From Hypanus sabinus (lineage: Eukaryota), in contig NW_026779153.1 in NCBI RefSeq assembly GCF_030144855.1, positions 62,001 through 126,000 of the forward strand: a stretch of DNA of 64,000 nucleotides, read 5' to 3'. The translations under genes and the position numbers were made by a program. The notes below the pieces were generated by a model. That model did no database searches. It saw only the letters and a list, made by a program, of their open reading frames with translations, and was not told where the DNA came from. Below, in pieces: positions 24,535 through 37,949 of the stretch (position 1 is its first letter; every line of letters starts with the position of its first letter).

Positions 24535-25929
24535 CTGGAAACGAGAAGGGAATGAGGTTAAAATGAGGATTCCCATATTGAAAGTTGATGAGAGTGACGT
24601 GAGAGAAGGCTGAGACTCTGCAATGTGAAACGGGGATTGGACTGGGGGGCAATGGGGTTAGACTGAGTGGGGTATGAATGACTGAGGGAAGGAACATCGA
24701 GCTCAGAGAACAGCACAGGAACAGGCCCTTCGGACCAACCTGATTCTGCTGACCAGGATGCCAGAGGGACTAATGCCAGCTGCCCACACACTGTCCATTT
24801 ACCTCCATACCTGCCAGTGAAATGTTAGTGTTTGATACCTGGTTTTTAAACATTGATGCTGTGATTACTGACACAACCTCCCCTGAAAGTGGTTTACAGA
24901 CACCACTGTCTGTATGAAAGAACTTGCCCCATAAATCTCCTCTACACATTCCCCCTCCAGTGCCCTGTGGTATTTGACATTTCCATCCTGGGAAAAACAC
25001 TCTGAACCATCTGCCCTGTCCGTGCCTCGAATCAGTGGATGAATTTACTTCAGGTCTCCCCCAAGCAACATTCCTCTCCTGCAATGGCCACTTTGCTTTA
25101 TTTTTGCCTTGACCACGTTCCTAATCACCTGCAGCCTGTCGAATGACTGGCCCCACTGGCTTTTTCAAAACTGCCACACAGATCCACAGGCCAACAGATC
25201 TGCTGACTGAAGTAGGGCCGAGAAGGTTAAACATGCTTGAGTTGCTCCCAGACAGCATCAGATTCTGAGGGGAGACTTACACCATCCGATAAACGAGCAG
25301 ATTTAGGCCATTTGGCACATCGAGTCGGATCTGACATTCGCATGGCTGATTAATTATCTTAATCAACTGCATTCTGCCTTCTCCTCGACATCCTGATTGA
25401 TCAAGAACCTATGAAACTCTGCTTCAAATATCCCCGATCACTTGGCCTCCGCATCCACTCGTGTAAATGAATTCCACAGATTCACCACGTACTTGCTGAT
25501 AAATATTCTTCATCTGTAAAGAGATGTCCTTCTATTCTGAGGATGTGCCCTCGGTGGTAATTCCCTTAACCTCCCAGTCTCACTCCACTATCCCCTCACG
25601 TTTTCACAGTCTACATCTATCCTGGTGAAGCTCAATCCAAAAATCCCAACCCGGCAACGGGACAGGGCCTCTAATTGCTGGGAGCGAGGGAAATGCTCCT
25701 CCACCCTTTAACCGTTCGGACTCTGCAGTGATTTGGACAGCCTGCACTACAATCCGACTCTCTCCCAGCACCTGCAGCTGGACCTGACAACCAGGAACCA
25801 CGGAGGATCAGGACCTTGAGAAGGACAGTGATGCAGTCAGGGCAACAATCCGTTCAACATCGGAGTTCACTTAATTGCACACCGAAGGTTTCAGTGTAAA
25901 GCACACACTCGCTGCCCACCCACACTCAC

Positions 25930-26244
25930 CTGTGCAGGAGACTCCAGCGTCCTCTGCGTGGGAGCAGTTATTCACCCCCCATGGGCTGGCAGGGCACTGG
26001 TCGAGAGCAGGCTCTGTCCCCTTACACTTCACCCCATCCAGCCAGATCTTCCCAGTGCCCTCTCCGTAGGAGGCATCTGTTGTTACCGACTCAGATGTCC
26101 CACAGTTCAAAATCCTGCAGACCACGTCCGCTTCACTCCTATTCCAGCTCCTGCCACAGACGGTGCCCCAGGTAGAGTTATGATAGACCTCGACTCTCCC
26201 AGAGCACATGTTGTTCCCGTTCACCAGCCGGACGGGGACTGGGC
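25930..26244 (-). CDS. SRCR exon e17 (315 nt)
   Basis: Consensus-type domain. Confidence 0.9.
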
Positions 26245-27397
26245 CTGGAACAGATCGGGGAGAGGGGAGGGTGGTGTGGGGGGGGGGGGGTCCAGTTAGT
26301 TCACTCCTGGTAATGTCCCTATTTTGCCTCAGAGTGGCCACTCGGTTCCCTCGAATAAACAATATTACAGCACACTTCACACACTTGGCCCATGATGTTA
26401 ATCTCTTCCAAGATCAATCTCACGTAAACCTCCATTTTTCGGTCATTCCTGTGAAGTCCCTAATGTGTCTGTCTCAACCACCACCTCTGACAGCACATTC
26501 TAGACATCCTCCACTCTCTGAGTAAAACCTGACCTCTGACTACACCCCAGCCCACCCCAATACCCACCCTGTACACTCCTCCATCACCTTAAAATTATTC
26601 CCTCATGTGAGTCATTTCTGTCCTGGGACTGTTGCCTCCCCCGGAGGGTCGTTCCTCCCATTACAGCCCGCACCAGTATCCAAGGCGGAATGCTTATTAT
26701 TTAACGGGACAACCACAGTGGTACACTCACTGTCTACCTATTCCCTTTCCCTCTCCTCACAGACACCCAGGTACCTGCCTCCTGTAACTTAGGGGCTTCT
26801 ATCCATCATCTCCTCATTCTCCCGTACGCACCAAAGGTCATCCAGATTCAACTCCAGTTCTTCAACGCACGACTCTGAGGAGCTGACACTCAGAGCCCGT
26901 ATAGTTATCAGAGAGACTGCAGGTCTCCCAAAGTTCCCACATCTCCCATGAAGAACACACCACTGACCCTGGCCCCATTCTCACTGTAATACTCGACAGA
27001 AATAGACCAAGAGAAAAGGAAATTTACCTCGGCCTCCACCTCTACTTACTGATTCTCATGGCAGACAGACAGACAGACATACATACTTTATTGATCCCGA
27101 GGGAAATTGGGTATTGTTACAGCCGCAACAAGAACAGAAAGAAATAGAGCAATATAAAACCATAAATGATCAAATAATAATAAGTTAATCATGCCAAGTG
27201 GAAGTGAGTAAGTGCATCCAACTATGGCAGAGTCATCAGAAAACTTCCGAAGAAGGCAAGACTCTGTGTTGTAGTTGAGGAACTCGAGAAGGACAGAGAT
27301 GCAGTCAGGTGAACAATCCGTTCAACATCGGAGTTCACTTAATTGCACACCGAAGGTTTCAGTGTAAAGCACACACTCACTGCCCACCCACACTCAC

Positions 27398-27709
27398 CTG
27401 TGCAGGAGACTCCAGCGTCCTCTGCGTGGGAGCAGTTATTCACCCCCCATGGGCTGGCAGGGCACTGGTCGAGAGCAGGCTCTGTCCCCTTACACTTCAC
27501 CCCATCCAGCCAGATCTTCCCAGTGCCCTCTCCGTAGGAGGCATCTGTTGTTACCGACTCAGATGTCCCACAGTTCAAAATCCTGCAGACCACGTCCGCT
27601 TCACTCTTATTCCAGCTACTGCCACAGACGGTGCCCCAGGTAGAGTTATGATAGACCTCGACTCTCCCAGAGCACACGTTCCCGTTCACCAGCCGGACGG
27701 GGACCGGGC
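27398..27709 (-). CDS. SRCR exon e18 (312 nt)
   Basis: NGNVC, GSSWNKSE. Confidence 0.9.
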
Positions 27710-28415
27710 CTGGAACCGAGAAGGGAATGAGGTGAAAATGAGGATTCCCATATAGAAAGTTGAAGAGAGTGACATGAGAGAAGGCTGAGACTCTGTAATG
27801 TGAAACGGGGATTGGACTGAGGGGCAATGGGGTTAGACTGGGTGGGGTATGAATGATTGAGAGAAGGAACATCGAGCTCAGAGAACAGCACAGGAACAGG
27901 CCCTTCGGACCAACCTGTTTCTGCTGACCAGGATGCCAGAGGGTCTAATGCCAGCTGCCCACACACTGTCCATTTACCTCCATACCTGCCAGTAAAATGT
28001 TAGTATTTGATACCTGGTTTTTAAACATTGATGCTGTGATTACTGACACAACCTCCCCTGAAAGTGGTTTCCAGACACCACTCGCTGCATGAAAGAACTT
28101 GCCCCATAAATCTCCTCTACACATTCCCCCTCCAGTGCCCTGTGGTATTTGACATTTCCATCCTGGGAAAAACACTCTGAAGCATCTGCCCTGTCCGTGC
28201 CTCGAATCAGTGGATGAATTTACTTCAGGTCTCCCCCAAGCAACATTCCTCTCCTGCAATGGCCACTTTGCTTTATTTTTGCCTTGACCACGTTCCTAAT
28301 CACCTGCAACCTGTCGAATGACTGGCCCCACTGGCTTTTTCAAAACTTCGCTAACATCCACAGGCCAACGGATCTGCTGACTGTAATATGGCCGAGAAGG
28401 TTAAATATTCTTGAG

Positions 28416-29379
28416 ATAGATAGATAGATAGATAGATACTTTATTCATCCCCAAGGGGAAATTCAACATTTTTCCAGTGTCCCATACAGTTATTGTAGCA
28501 AAACTAATTACATACAGTATCTAACTCAGTATAAATATGATATGCATCTAAAATCACCCTCTCAAAAAGCATTAATAAATAGCTTTTAAAGTGTTCTTAA
28601 ATAGTTTACTACAGTGCATTGAGTGGTAACTTAAGCTCAGTCCTAACCCCGGCACTTGAACATGTCTTGCCCCTGGTGGTTGAATTGTAGAGCCGAATGG
28701 CGTCGGGGAGTAATGATCTCTTCATCCTGTCTGAGGAGCATTGCATTGACAGCAACCTGCCGCTGAAGCTGCTTCTCTGTCTCTGGATGATGCTGTGCAG
28801 AGGATGTTCAGGGTTTTCCATGATTGACCGTAGCCTACTCAGCACCCTCCGCTCTGCCACCGATGTCATACTCTCCAGTTCTGTGCCCACGACAGAGGCA
28901 GCCTTCATTACCAGCTTATTAAGACGTGAGGCGTCCCTCTTCTTAATGCTGCCTCCCCAGCACGCCACCACAAAGAAGAGGGTGCTCTCCACAACTGACT
29001 GATAGAACATCTTCAGCATCTCACTACAAACATTGAATGACGCCAGCCTTCTGAGGAAGTACAGTCGACTCTGTGCTTTCCTGCACAGGGCATCTGTGTT
29101 GGCAGTCCAGTCTAGCTTCTCGTCTAACTGCACTCCCAGATACTTGTAGGTCTTAACCTGCTCCGCACATTCTCCATTAATGATCACTGGCTCCATATGA
29201 GGCCTAGATCTCCTACAGTCTACCACCATCTCCTTGGTCTTGGTGATATTGAGACGCAGGTAGTTTGAGTTGCACCATATCACAAAGTCCTGTATCAGTT
29301 TCCTATACTCTTCCTCCTGACCATTCCTGACACACCCCACTATGGCCGTGTCATCAGCGAACTTCTGCACATGGCAGGA
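28416..29379 (-). mobile_element. 5'-truncated Rex1/Babar-type non-LTR retrotransposon (RT C-terminal half, 3' UTR, (CTAT)n tail), copy 1
   Basis: Open frame SCHVQKFADDTAIVGC..LNITKTKEMVVDCRR..YKYLGVQLD..AQSRLYFLRRL. The 3' end reads GGGGATGAATAAAGTA(TCTA)n. It interrupts the type-B intron at cttgag|ttg|ctccca. Confidence 0.88.
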
Positions 29380-30072
29380 CTCCCAGACAGCAAAAGACTC
29401 TGAGGGGAGACTTACACCATCAATCAAACGAGCAGATTTAGGCCATTTGGCACTTCGAGTCAGATCTGACATTTGCAAGGCTGGTTATCTTAATCAACCC
29501 CATTCTGCCTCCTCCCTGTAATCTTTGACATCCTGATTGATCAAGAACCTATGAAACTCTGCTTCAAATATCCCCGATCACTTGGCCTCCGCATCCACTC
29601 GTGGAAATGAATTCCACAGATTCACCACGTACTTGCTGATAAATATTCTTCCTCATCTGTAAAGAGAAGACCTTCTATTCTGAGGATGTGCCCTCGGTGG
29701 TAATTCCCTTAACCTCCCAGTCTCACTCCACTATCCCCTCACGTTTTCACAGTCTACATCTATCCTGGTGAAGCTCAATCCAAAAATCCCAACCCGGCAA
29801 CGGGACAGGGCCTCTAATTGCTGGGAGCGAGGGAAATGCTCCTCCACCCTTTAACCGTTCGGACTCTGCAGTGATTTGGACAGCCTGCACTACAATCCGA
29901 CTCTCTCCCAGCACCTGCAGCTGGACCTGACAACCAGGAACCACGGAGGATCAGGACCTTGAGAAGGACAGTGATGCAGTCAGGGCAACAATCCGTTCAA
30001 CATCGGAGTTCACTTAATTGCACACCGAAGGTTTCAGTGTAAAGCACACACTCCCTGCCCACCCACACTCAC

Positions 30073-30384
30073 CTGTGCAGGAGACTCCAGCGTCCTCTGC
30101 GTGGGAGCAGTTATTCACCCCCCATGGGCTGGCAGGGCACTGGTCGAGAGCAGGCTCTGTCCCCTTACACTTCACCCCATCCAGCCAGATCTTCCCAGTG
30201 CCCTCTCCGTAGGAGGCATCTGTTGTTACCGACTCAGATGTCCCACAGTTCAAAATCCTGCAGACCACGTCCGCTTCACTCTTATTCCAGCTACTGCCAC
30301 AGACGGTGCCCCAGGTAGAGTTATGATAGACCTCGACTCTCCCAGAGCACACGTTCCCGTTCACCAGCCGGACGGGGACCGGGC
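30073..30384 (-). CDS. SRCR exon e19 (312 nt)
   Basis: Same translation as e18, +2675 bp. Confidence 0.9.
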
Positions 30385-31090
30385 CTGGAACCGAGAAGGG
30401 AATGAGGTGAAAATGAGGATTCCCATATAGAAAGTTGAAGAGAGTGACATGAGAGAAGGCTGAGACTCTGTAATGTGAAACGGGGATTGGACTGAGGGGC
30501 AATGGGGTTAGACTGGGTGGGGTATGAATGATTGAGAGAAGGAACATCGAGCTCAGAGAACAGCACAGGAACAGGCCCTTCGGACCAACCTGTTTCTGCT
30601 GACCAGGATGCCAGAGGGTCTAATGCCAGCTGCCCACACACTGTCCATTTACCTCCATACCTGCCAGTAAAATGTTAGTATTTGATACCTGGTTTTTAAA
30701 CATTGATGCTGTGATTACTGACACAACCTCCCCTGAAAGTGGTTTCCAGACACCACTAGCTGCATGAAAGAACTTGCCCCATAAATCTCCTCTACACATT
30801 CCCCCTCCAGTGCCCTGTGGTATTTGACATTTCCATCCTGGGAAAAACACTCTGAAGCATCTGCCCTGTCCGTGCCTCGAATCAGTGGATGAATTTACTT
30901 CAGGTCTCCCCCAAGCAACATTCCTCTCCTGCAATGGCCACTTTGCTTTATTTTTGCCTTGACCACGTTCCTAATCACCTGCAACCTGTCGAATGACTGG
31001 CCCCACTGGCTTTTTCAAAACTTCGCTAACATCCACAGGCCAACGGATCTGCTGACTGTAATATGGCCGAGAAGGTTAAATATTCTTGAG

Positions 31091-32054
31091 ATAGATAGAT
31101 AGATAGATAGATACTTTATTCATCCCCAAGGGGAAATTCAACATTTTTCCAGTGTCCCATACAGTTATTGTAGCAAAACTAATTACATACAGTATCTAAC
31201 TCAGTATAAATATGATATGCATCTAAAATCACCCTCTCAAAAAGCATTAATAAATAGCTTTTAAAGTGTTCTTAAATAGTTTACTACAGTGCATTGAGTG
31301 GTAACTTAAGCTCAGTCCTAACCCCGGCACTTGAACATGTCTTGCCCCTGGTGGTTGAATTGTAGAGCCGAATGGCGTCGGGGAGTAATGATCTCTTCAT
31401 CCTGTCTGAGGAGCATTGCATTGACAGCAACCTGCCGCTGAAGCTGCTTCTCTGTCTCTGGATGGTGCTGTGCAGAGGATGTTCAGGGTTTTCCATGATT
31501 GACCGTAGCCTACTCAGCACCCTCCGCTCTGCCACCGATGTCATACTCTCCAGTTCTGTGCCCACGACAGAGGCAGCCTTCATTACCAGCTTATTAAGAC
31601 GTGAGGCGTCCCTCTTCTTAATGCTGCCTCCCCAGCACGCCACCACAAAGAAGAGGGTGCTCTCCACAACTGACCGATAGAACATCTTCAGCATCTCACT
31701 ACAAACATTGAATGACGCCAGCCTTCTGAGGAAGTACAGTCGACTCTGTGCTTTCCTGCACAGGGCATCTGTGTTGGCAGTCCAGTCTAGCTTCTCGTCT
31801 AACTGCACTCCCAGATACTTGTAGGTCTTAACCTGCTCCGCACATTCTCCATTAATGATCACTGGCTCCATATGAGGCCTAGATCTCCTACAGTCTACCA
31901 CCATCTCCTTGGTCTTGGTGATATTGAGACGCAGGTAGTTTGAGTTGCACCATATCACAAAGTCCTGTATCAGTTTCCTATACTCTTCCTCCTGACCATT
32001 CCTGACACACCCCACTATGGCCGTGTCATCAGCGAACTTCTGCACATGGCAGGA
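31091..32054 (-). mobile_element. Rex1/Babar-type LINE fragment, copy 2 (duplicated with its host unit)
   Basis: Same junctions as copy 1 at +2675 bp; two amino-acid differences (Q/R, I/T). Confidence 0.88.
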
Positions 32055-32747
32055 CTCCCAGACAGCAAAAGACTCTGAGGGGAGACTTACACCATCAATC
32101 AAACGAGCAGATTTAGGCCATTTGGCACTTCGAGTCAGATCTGACATTTGCAAGGCTGGTTATCTTAATCAACCCCATTCTGCCTCCTCCCTGTAATCTT
32201 TGACATCCTGATTGATCAAGAACCTATGAAACTCTGCTTCAAATATCCCCGATCACTTGGCCTCCGCATCCACTCGTGGAAATGAATTCCACAGATTCAC
32301 CACGTACTTGCTGATAAATATTCTTCCTCATCTGTAAAGAGAAGACCTTCTATTCTGAGGATGTGCCCTCGGTGGTAATTCCCTTAACCTCCCAGTCTCA
32401 CCCCACTATCCCCTCACGTTTTCACAGTCTACATCTATCCTGGTGAAGCTCAATCCAAAAATCCCAACCGGGCAACGGGACAGGGCCTCTAATTGCTGGG
32501 AGCGAGGGAAATGCTCCTCCACCCTTTAACCGTTCGGACTCTGCTGTGATTTGGACAGCCTGCACTACAATCCGACTCTCTCCCAGCACCTGCAGCTGGA
32601 CCTGACAACCAGGAACCACGGAGGATCAGGACCTTGAGAAGGACAGTGATGCAGTCAGGGCAACAATCTGCTCAACACTGGAGTTCACTCAATAGCACAG
32701 CAGAGGTTTCAGTGTAAAGCACACACTCGCTGCCCACCCACACTCAC

Positions 32748-33062
32748 CTGTGCAGGAGACTCCAGCGTCCTCTGCGTGGGAGCAGTTATTCACCCCCCAT
32801 GGGCTGGCTGGGCACTGGTCGAGAGCAGGCTCTGTCCCCTTACACTTCACCCCATCCAGCCAGATCTTCCCAGTGCCCTCTCTGTAGGAGGCATCTGTTG
32901 TTACCGACTCAGATGTCCCACAGTTCAAAATCCTGCAGACCACGTCCGCTTCACTCCTATTCCAGCTCCTGCCACAGACGGTACCCCAGGTAGAGTTATG
33001 ATAGACCTCGACTCTCCCAGAGCAGATGTTGTTCCCGTTCACCAGCCGGATGGGGACCGGGC
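32748..33062 (-). CDS. SRCR exon e20 (315 nt)
   Basis: PIR, NNIC, SYREG. Confidence 0.9.
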
Positions 33063-34459
33063 CTGGAAACGAGAAGGGAATGAGGATAAAATGAGGATTC
33101 CCATATTGAAAGTTGGTGAGAGTGACGTGAGAGAAGGCTGAGACAGTGCAATGTGAAACGGGGATTGGACTGAGGGGCAATGGGGTTAGACTGGGTGGGG
33201 TATGAATGACTGAGGGAAGGAACATCGAGCTCAGAGAACAGCACAGGAACAGGCCCTTCGGACCAACCTGATTCTGCTGACCAGGATGCCAGAGGGACTA
33301 ATGCCAGCTGCCCAGCCTCTGTCCATTTACCTCCATACCTGCCAGTAAAATGTTAGTGTTTGATACCTGGTTTTTAAACATTGATGCTGTGATTACTGAC
33401 ACAACCTCCCCTGAAAGTGGTTTCCAGACACCACTAGCTGCATGAAAGAACTTGCCCCATAAATCTCCTTTACACATTCCCCCTCCAGTGCCCTGTGGTA
33501 TTTGACATTTCCATCCTGGGAAAAACACTCTGAACCATCTGCCCTGTCCGTGCCTCGAATCAGTGGATGAATTTACTTCAGGTCTCCCCCAAGCAACATT
33601 CCTCTCCTGCAATGGCCACTTTGCTTTATTTTTGCCTTGACCACGTTCCTAATCACCTGCAGCCTGTCGAATGACTGGCCCCACTGGCTTTTTCAAAACT
33701 GCCACACAGATCCACAGGCCAACAGATCTGCCGACTGTAATCGGCCGAGAAGGTTAAACATGCTTGAGTTGCTCCCAGACAGCATCAGATTCTGAGGGGA
33801 GACTTACACCATCCGACAAACGAGCAGATTTAGGCCATTTGGCACATCGAGTCGGATCGAACATTCGCATGGCTGATTAATTATCTTAATCAACTGCATT
33901 CTGCCTTCTCCTCGACATCCTGATTGATCAAGAACCTATGAAACTCTGCTTCAAATATCCCCGATCACTTGGCCTCCGCATCCACCCGTGGAAATGAATT
34001 CCACAGATTCACCACGTACTTGCTGATAAATATTCTTCCTCATCTGTAAAGAAATGTCCTTCTATTCTGAGGATGTGCCCTCGGTGGTAATTCCCTTAAC
34101 CTCCCAGTCTCACCCCAATATCCCGTCACGTTTTCACAGTCTACATCTATCCTGGTGAAGCTCAATCCAAAAATCCCAACCCGGCAACGGGACAGGGCCT
34201 CTAATTGCTGGGAGCGAGGGAAATGCTCCTCCACCCTTTAACCGTTCGGACTCTGCAGTGATTTGGACAGCCTGCACTACAATCCGACTCTCTCCCAGCA
34301 CCTGCAGCTGGACCTGACAACCAGGAACCACGGAGGATCAGGACCTTGAGAAGGACAGTGATGCAGTCAGGGCAACAATCTGCTCAACACTGGAGTTCAC
34401 TCAATAGCACAGCAGAGGTTTCAGTGTAAAGCACACACTCGCTGCCCACACACACTCAC

Positions 34460-34774
34460 CTGTGCAGGAGACTCCAGCGTCCTCTGCGTGGGAGCAGTTA
34501 TTCACCCCCCATGGGCTGGCCGGGCACTGGTCGAGAGCAGGCTCTGTCCCCTTACACTTCACCCCATCCAGCCAGATCTTCCCAGTGCCCTCTCCGTAGG
34601 AGGCATCTGTTGTTACCGACTCAGATGTCCCACAGTTCAAAATCCTGCAGACCACGTCCGCTTCACTCCTATTCCAGCTCCTGCCACAGACGGTACCCCA
34701 GGTAGAGTTATGATAGACCTCGACTCTCCCAGAGCAAATGTTGTTCCCGTTCACCAGCCGGATGGGGACCGGGC
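34460..34774 (-). CDS. SRCR exon e21 (315 nt)
   Basis: PIR, NNIC. Confidence 0.9.
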
Positions 34775-36172
34775 CTGGAACCGAGAAGGGAATGAGGATT
34801 AAATGAGGATTCCCATATTGAAAGTTGATGAGAGTGACGTGCCAGAAGGCTGAGACTCTACAATGTGAAACGGGGATTGGACTGAGGGGCAATGGGGTTA
34901 GACTGGGTGGGGTATGAATGACTGAGGGAAGGAACATCGAGCTCAGAGAACAGCACAGGAACAGGCCCTTCGGACCAACCTGATTCTGCTGACCAGGATG
35001 CCAGAGGGACTAATGCCAGCTGCCCAGACTCTGTCCATTTACCTCCATACCTGCCAGTAAAATGTTAGTGTTTGATACCTGGTTTTTAAACATTGATGCT
35101 GTGATTACTGACACAACCTCCCCTGAAAGTGGTTTCCAGACACCACTAGCTGCATGAAAGAACTTGCCCCATAAATCTCTTTTTACACATTCGCCCTCCA
35201 GTGCCCTGTGGTATTTGACATTTCCATCCTGGGAAAAACACTCTGAACCATCTGCCCTGTCCGTGCCTCGAATCAGTGGATGAATTTGCTTCAGGTCTCC
35301 CCCAAGCAACATTCCTCTCCTGCAATGGCCACTTTGCTTTATTTTTGTCTTGACCACGTTCCTAATCACCTGCAGCCTGTCGAATGACTGGCCCCACTGG
35401 CTTTTTCAAAACTGCCACACAGATCCACAGGCCAACAGATCTGCCGACTGTAATCGGCCGAGAAGGTTAAACATGCTTGAGTTGCTCCCAGACAGCATCA
35501 GATTCTGAGGGGAGACTTACACCAACAGACAAACGAGCAGATTTAGGCCATTTGGCACATCGAGTCGGATCGAACATTCGCATGGCTGATTAATTATCTT
35601 AATCAACTGCATTCTGCCTTCTCCTCGACATCCTGATTGATCAAGAACCTATGAAACTCTGCTTCAAATATCCCCGATCACTTGGCCTCCGCATCCACCC
35701 GTGGAAATGAATTCCACAGATTCACCACGTACTTGCTGATAAATATTCTTCCTCATCTGTAAAGAAATGTCCTTCTATTCTGAGGATGTGCCCTCGGTGG
35801 TAATTCCCTTAACCTCCCAGTCTCACCCCAATATCCCGTCACGTTTTCACAGTCTACATCTATCCTGGTGAAGCTCAATCCAAAAATCCCAACCCGGCAA
35901 CGGGACAGGGCCTCTAATTGCTGGGAGCGAGGGAAATGCTCCTCCACCCTTTAACCGTTCAGACTCTGCAGTGATTTGGACAGCCTGCACTACAATCCGA
36001 CTCTCTCCCAGCACCTGCAGCTGGACCTGACAACCAGGAACCACGGAGGATCAGGACCTTGAGAAGGACAGTGATGCAGTCAGGGCAACAATCTGCTCAA
36101 CACTGGAGTTCACTCAATAGCACAGCAGAGGTTTCAGTGTAAAGCACACACTCGCTGCCCACACACACTCAC

Positions 36173-36487
36173 CTGTGCAGGAGACTCCAGCGTCCTCTGC
36201 GTGGGAGCAGTTATTCACCCCCCATGGGCTGGCAGGGCACTGGTCGAGAGCAGGCTCTGTCCCCTTACACTTCACCCCATCCAGCCAGATCTTCCCAGTG
36301 CCCTCTCCGTAGGAGGCATCTGTTGTTACCGACTCAGATGTCCCACAGTTCAAAATCCTGCAGACCACGTCTGCCGCCATCTTATTCCAGCTCCTGCCAC
36401 AGACGGTGCCCCAGGTAGAGTTATGATAGACCTCGACTCTCCCAGAGCACATGTTGTTCCCGTTCACCAGCCGGACGGGGACTGGGC
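36173..36487 (-). CDS. SRCR exon e22 (315 nt)
   Basis: NKMAAD, CKGT. Confidence 0.9.
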
Positions 36488-37637
36488 CTGAAACAGATCG
36501 GGGAGAGGGGAGGGTGGTGTGGGGGGGGGTTCCAGTTAGTTCACTCCTGGTAATGTACCTATTTTGCCTCAGATTGGCCATTCGATTCCCTAGAATAAAT
36601 AATATTACAGCACATTAAACACACTTGGCCCATGATGTTAATCTCTTCCAAGATCAATCTCACGTAACCCTCCATTTTTCGGTCATTCCTGTGAAGTCCC
36701 TAATGTGTCTGTCTCGACCACCACCTCTGACAGCACATTCTATACATCCTCCACTCTCTGTGTAAAACCTGACCTCTGACTACACCCCAGCCCACACCAA
36801 TACCCACCCTGTAGACTCCTCCATCACCTTAAAATTATTCCCTCATGTGAGTCATTTCTGTCCTGGGACTGTTGCCTCCCCCGGAGGGTCGTTCCTCCCA
36901 TTACAGCCCGCACCAGTATCCAAGGCGGAATGCTTATTATTTAACGGGACAACCACAGTGGTACACTCACTGTCTACCTATTCCCTTTCCCTCTCCTCAC
37001 AGACACCCAGGTACCTGCCTCCTGTAACTTAGGGGCTTCTATCCATCATCTCCTCATTCTCCCGTACGCACCAAAGGTCATCCAGATTCAACTCCAGTTC
37101 TTCAACGCACGACTCTGAGGAGCTGACACTCAGAGCCCGTATAGTTATCAGAGAGACTGCAGGTCTCCCAAAGTTCCCACATCTCCCATGAAGAACACAC
37201 CACTGACCCTGGCCCCATTCTCATTGTAATACTCGACAGAAATAGACCAAGAGAAAAGGAAATTTACCTCGGCCTCCACCTCTACTTACTGATTCTCATG
37301 GCAGACAGACAGACAGACATACATACTTTATTGATCCCGAGGGAAATTGGGTATTGTTACAGCCGCAACAAGAACAGAAAGAAATAGAGCAATATAAAAC
37401 CATAAATGATCAAATAATAATAAGTTAATCATGCCAAGTGGAAGTGAGTAAGTGCATCCAACTATGGCAGAGTCATCAGAAAACTTCCGAAGAAGGCAAG
37501 ACTCTGTGTTGTAGTTGAGGAACTCGAGAAGGACAGAGATGCAGTCAGGTGACCAATCCGTTCAACATCGGAGTTCACTTAATTGCACACCGAAGGTTTC
37601 AGTGTAAAGCACACACTCGCTGCCCACACACACTCAC

Positions 37638-37949
37638 CTGTGCAGGAGACTCCAGCGTCCTCTGCGTGGGAACAGTTATTCACATCCCATGGGCTGGCAG
37701 GGCACTGGTCGAGAGCAGGCTCTGTCCCCTTACACTTCACCCCATCCAGCCAGATCTTCCCAGTGCCCTCTCCGTAGGAGGCATCTGTTGTTACCGACTC
37801 AGATGTCCCACAGTTCAAAATCCTGCAGACCACGTCCGCTTCATTCTTATTCCAGTTCCTGCCACAGACGGTGCCCCAGGTAGAGTTATGATAGACCTCG
37901 ACTCTCCCAGAGCACACGTTCCCGTTCACCAGCCGGACAGGGACCGGGC
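37638..37949 (-). CDS. SRCR exon e23 (312 nt)
   Basis: NGNVC, GRNWNKNE, PWDV. Confidence 0.9.

Noticed and set aside
29380-29478. N-terminus of the 289-aa RT ORF (MQMSDLTRSAKW..) suggesting a complete or domesticated RT gene, or an RT-driven diversifying system
   Set aside because: These codons are ordinary intron B sequence fused by chance. The RT lacks its N-terminal motifs and endonuclease, and there is no template/variable-repeat pair or adenine-biased variation.
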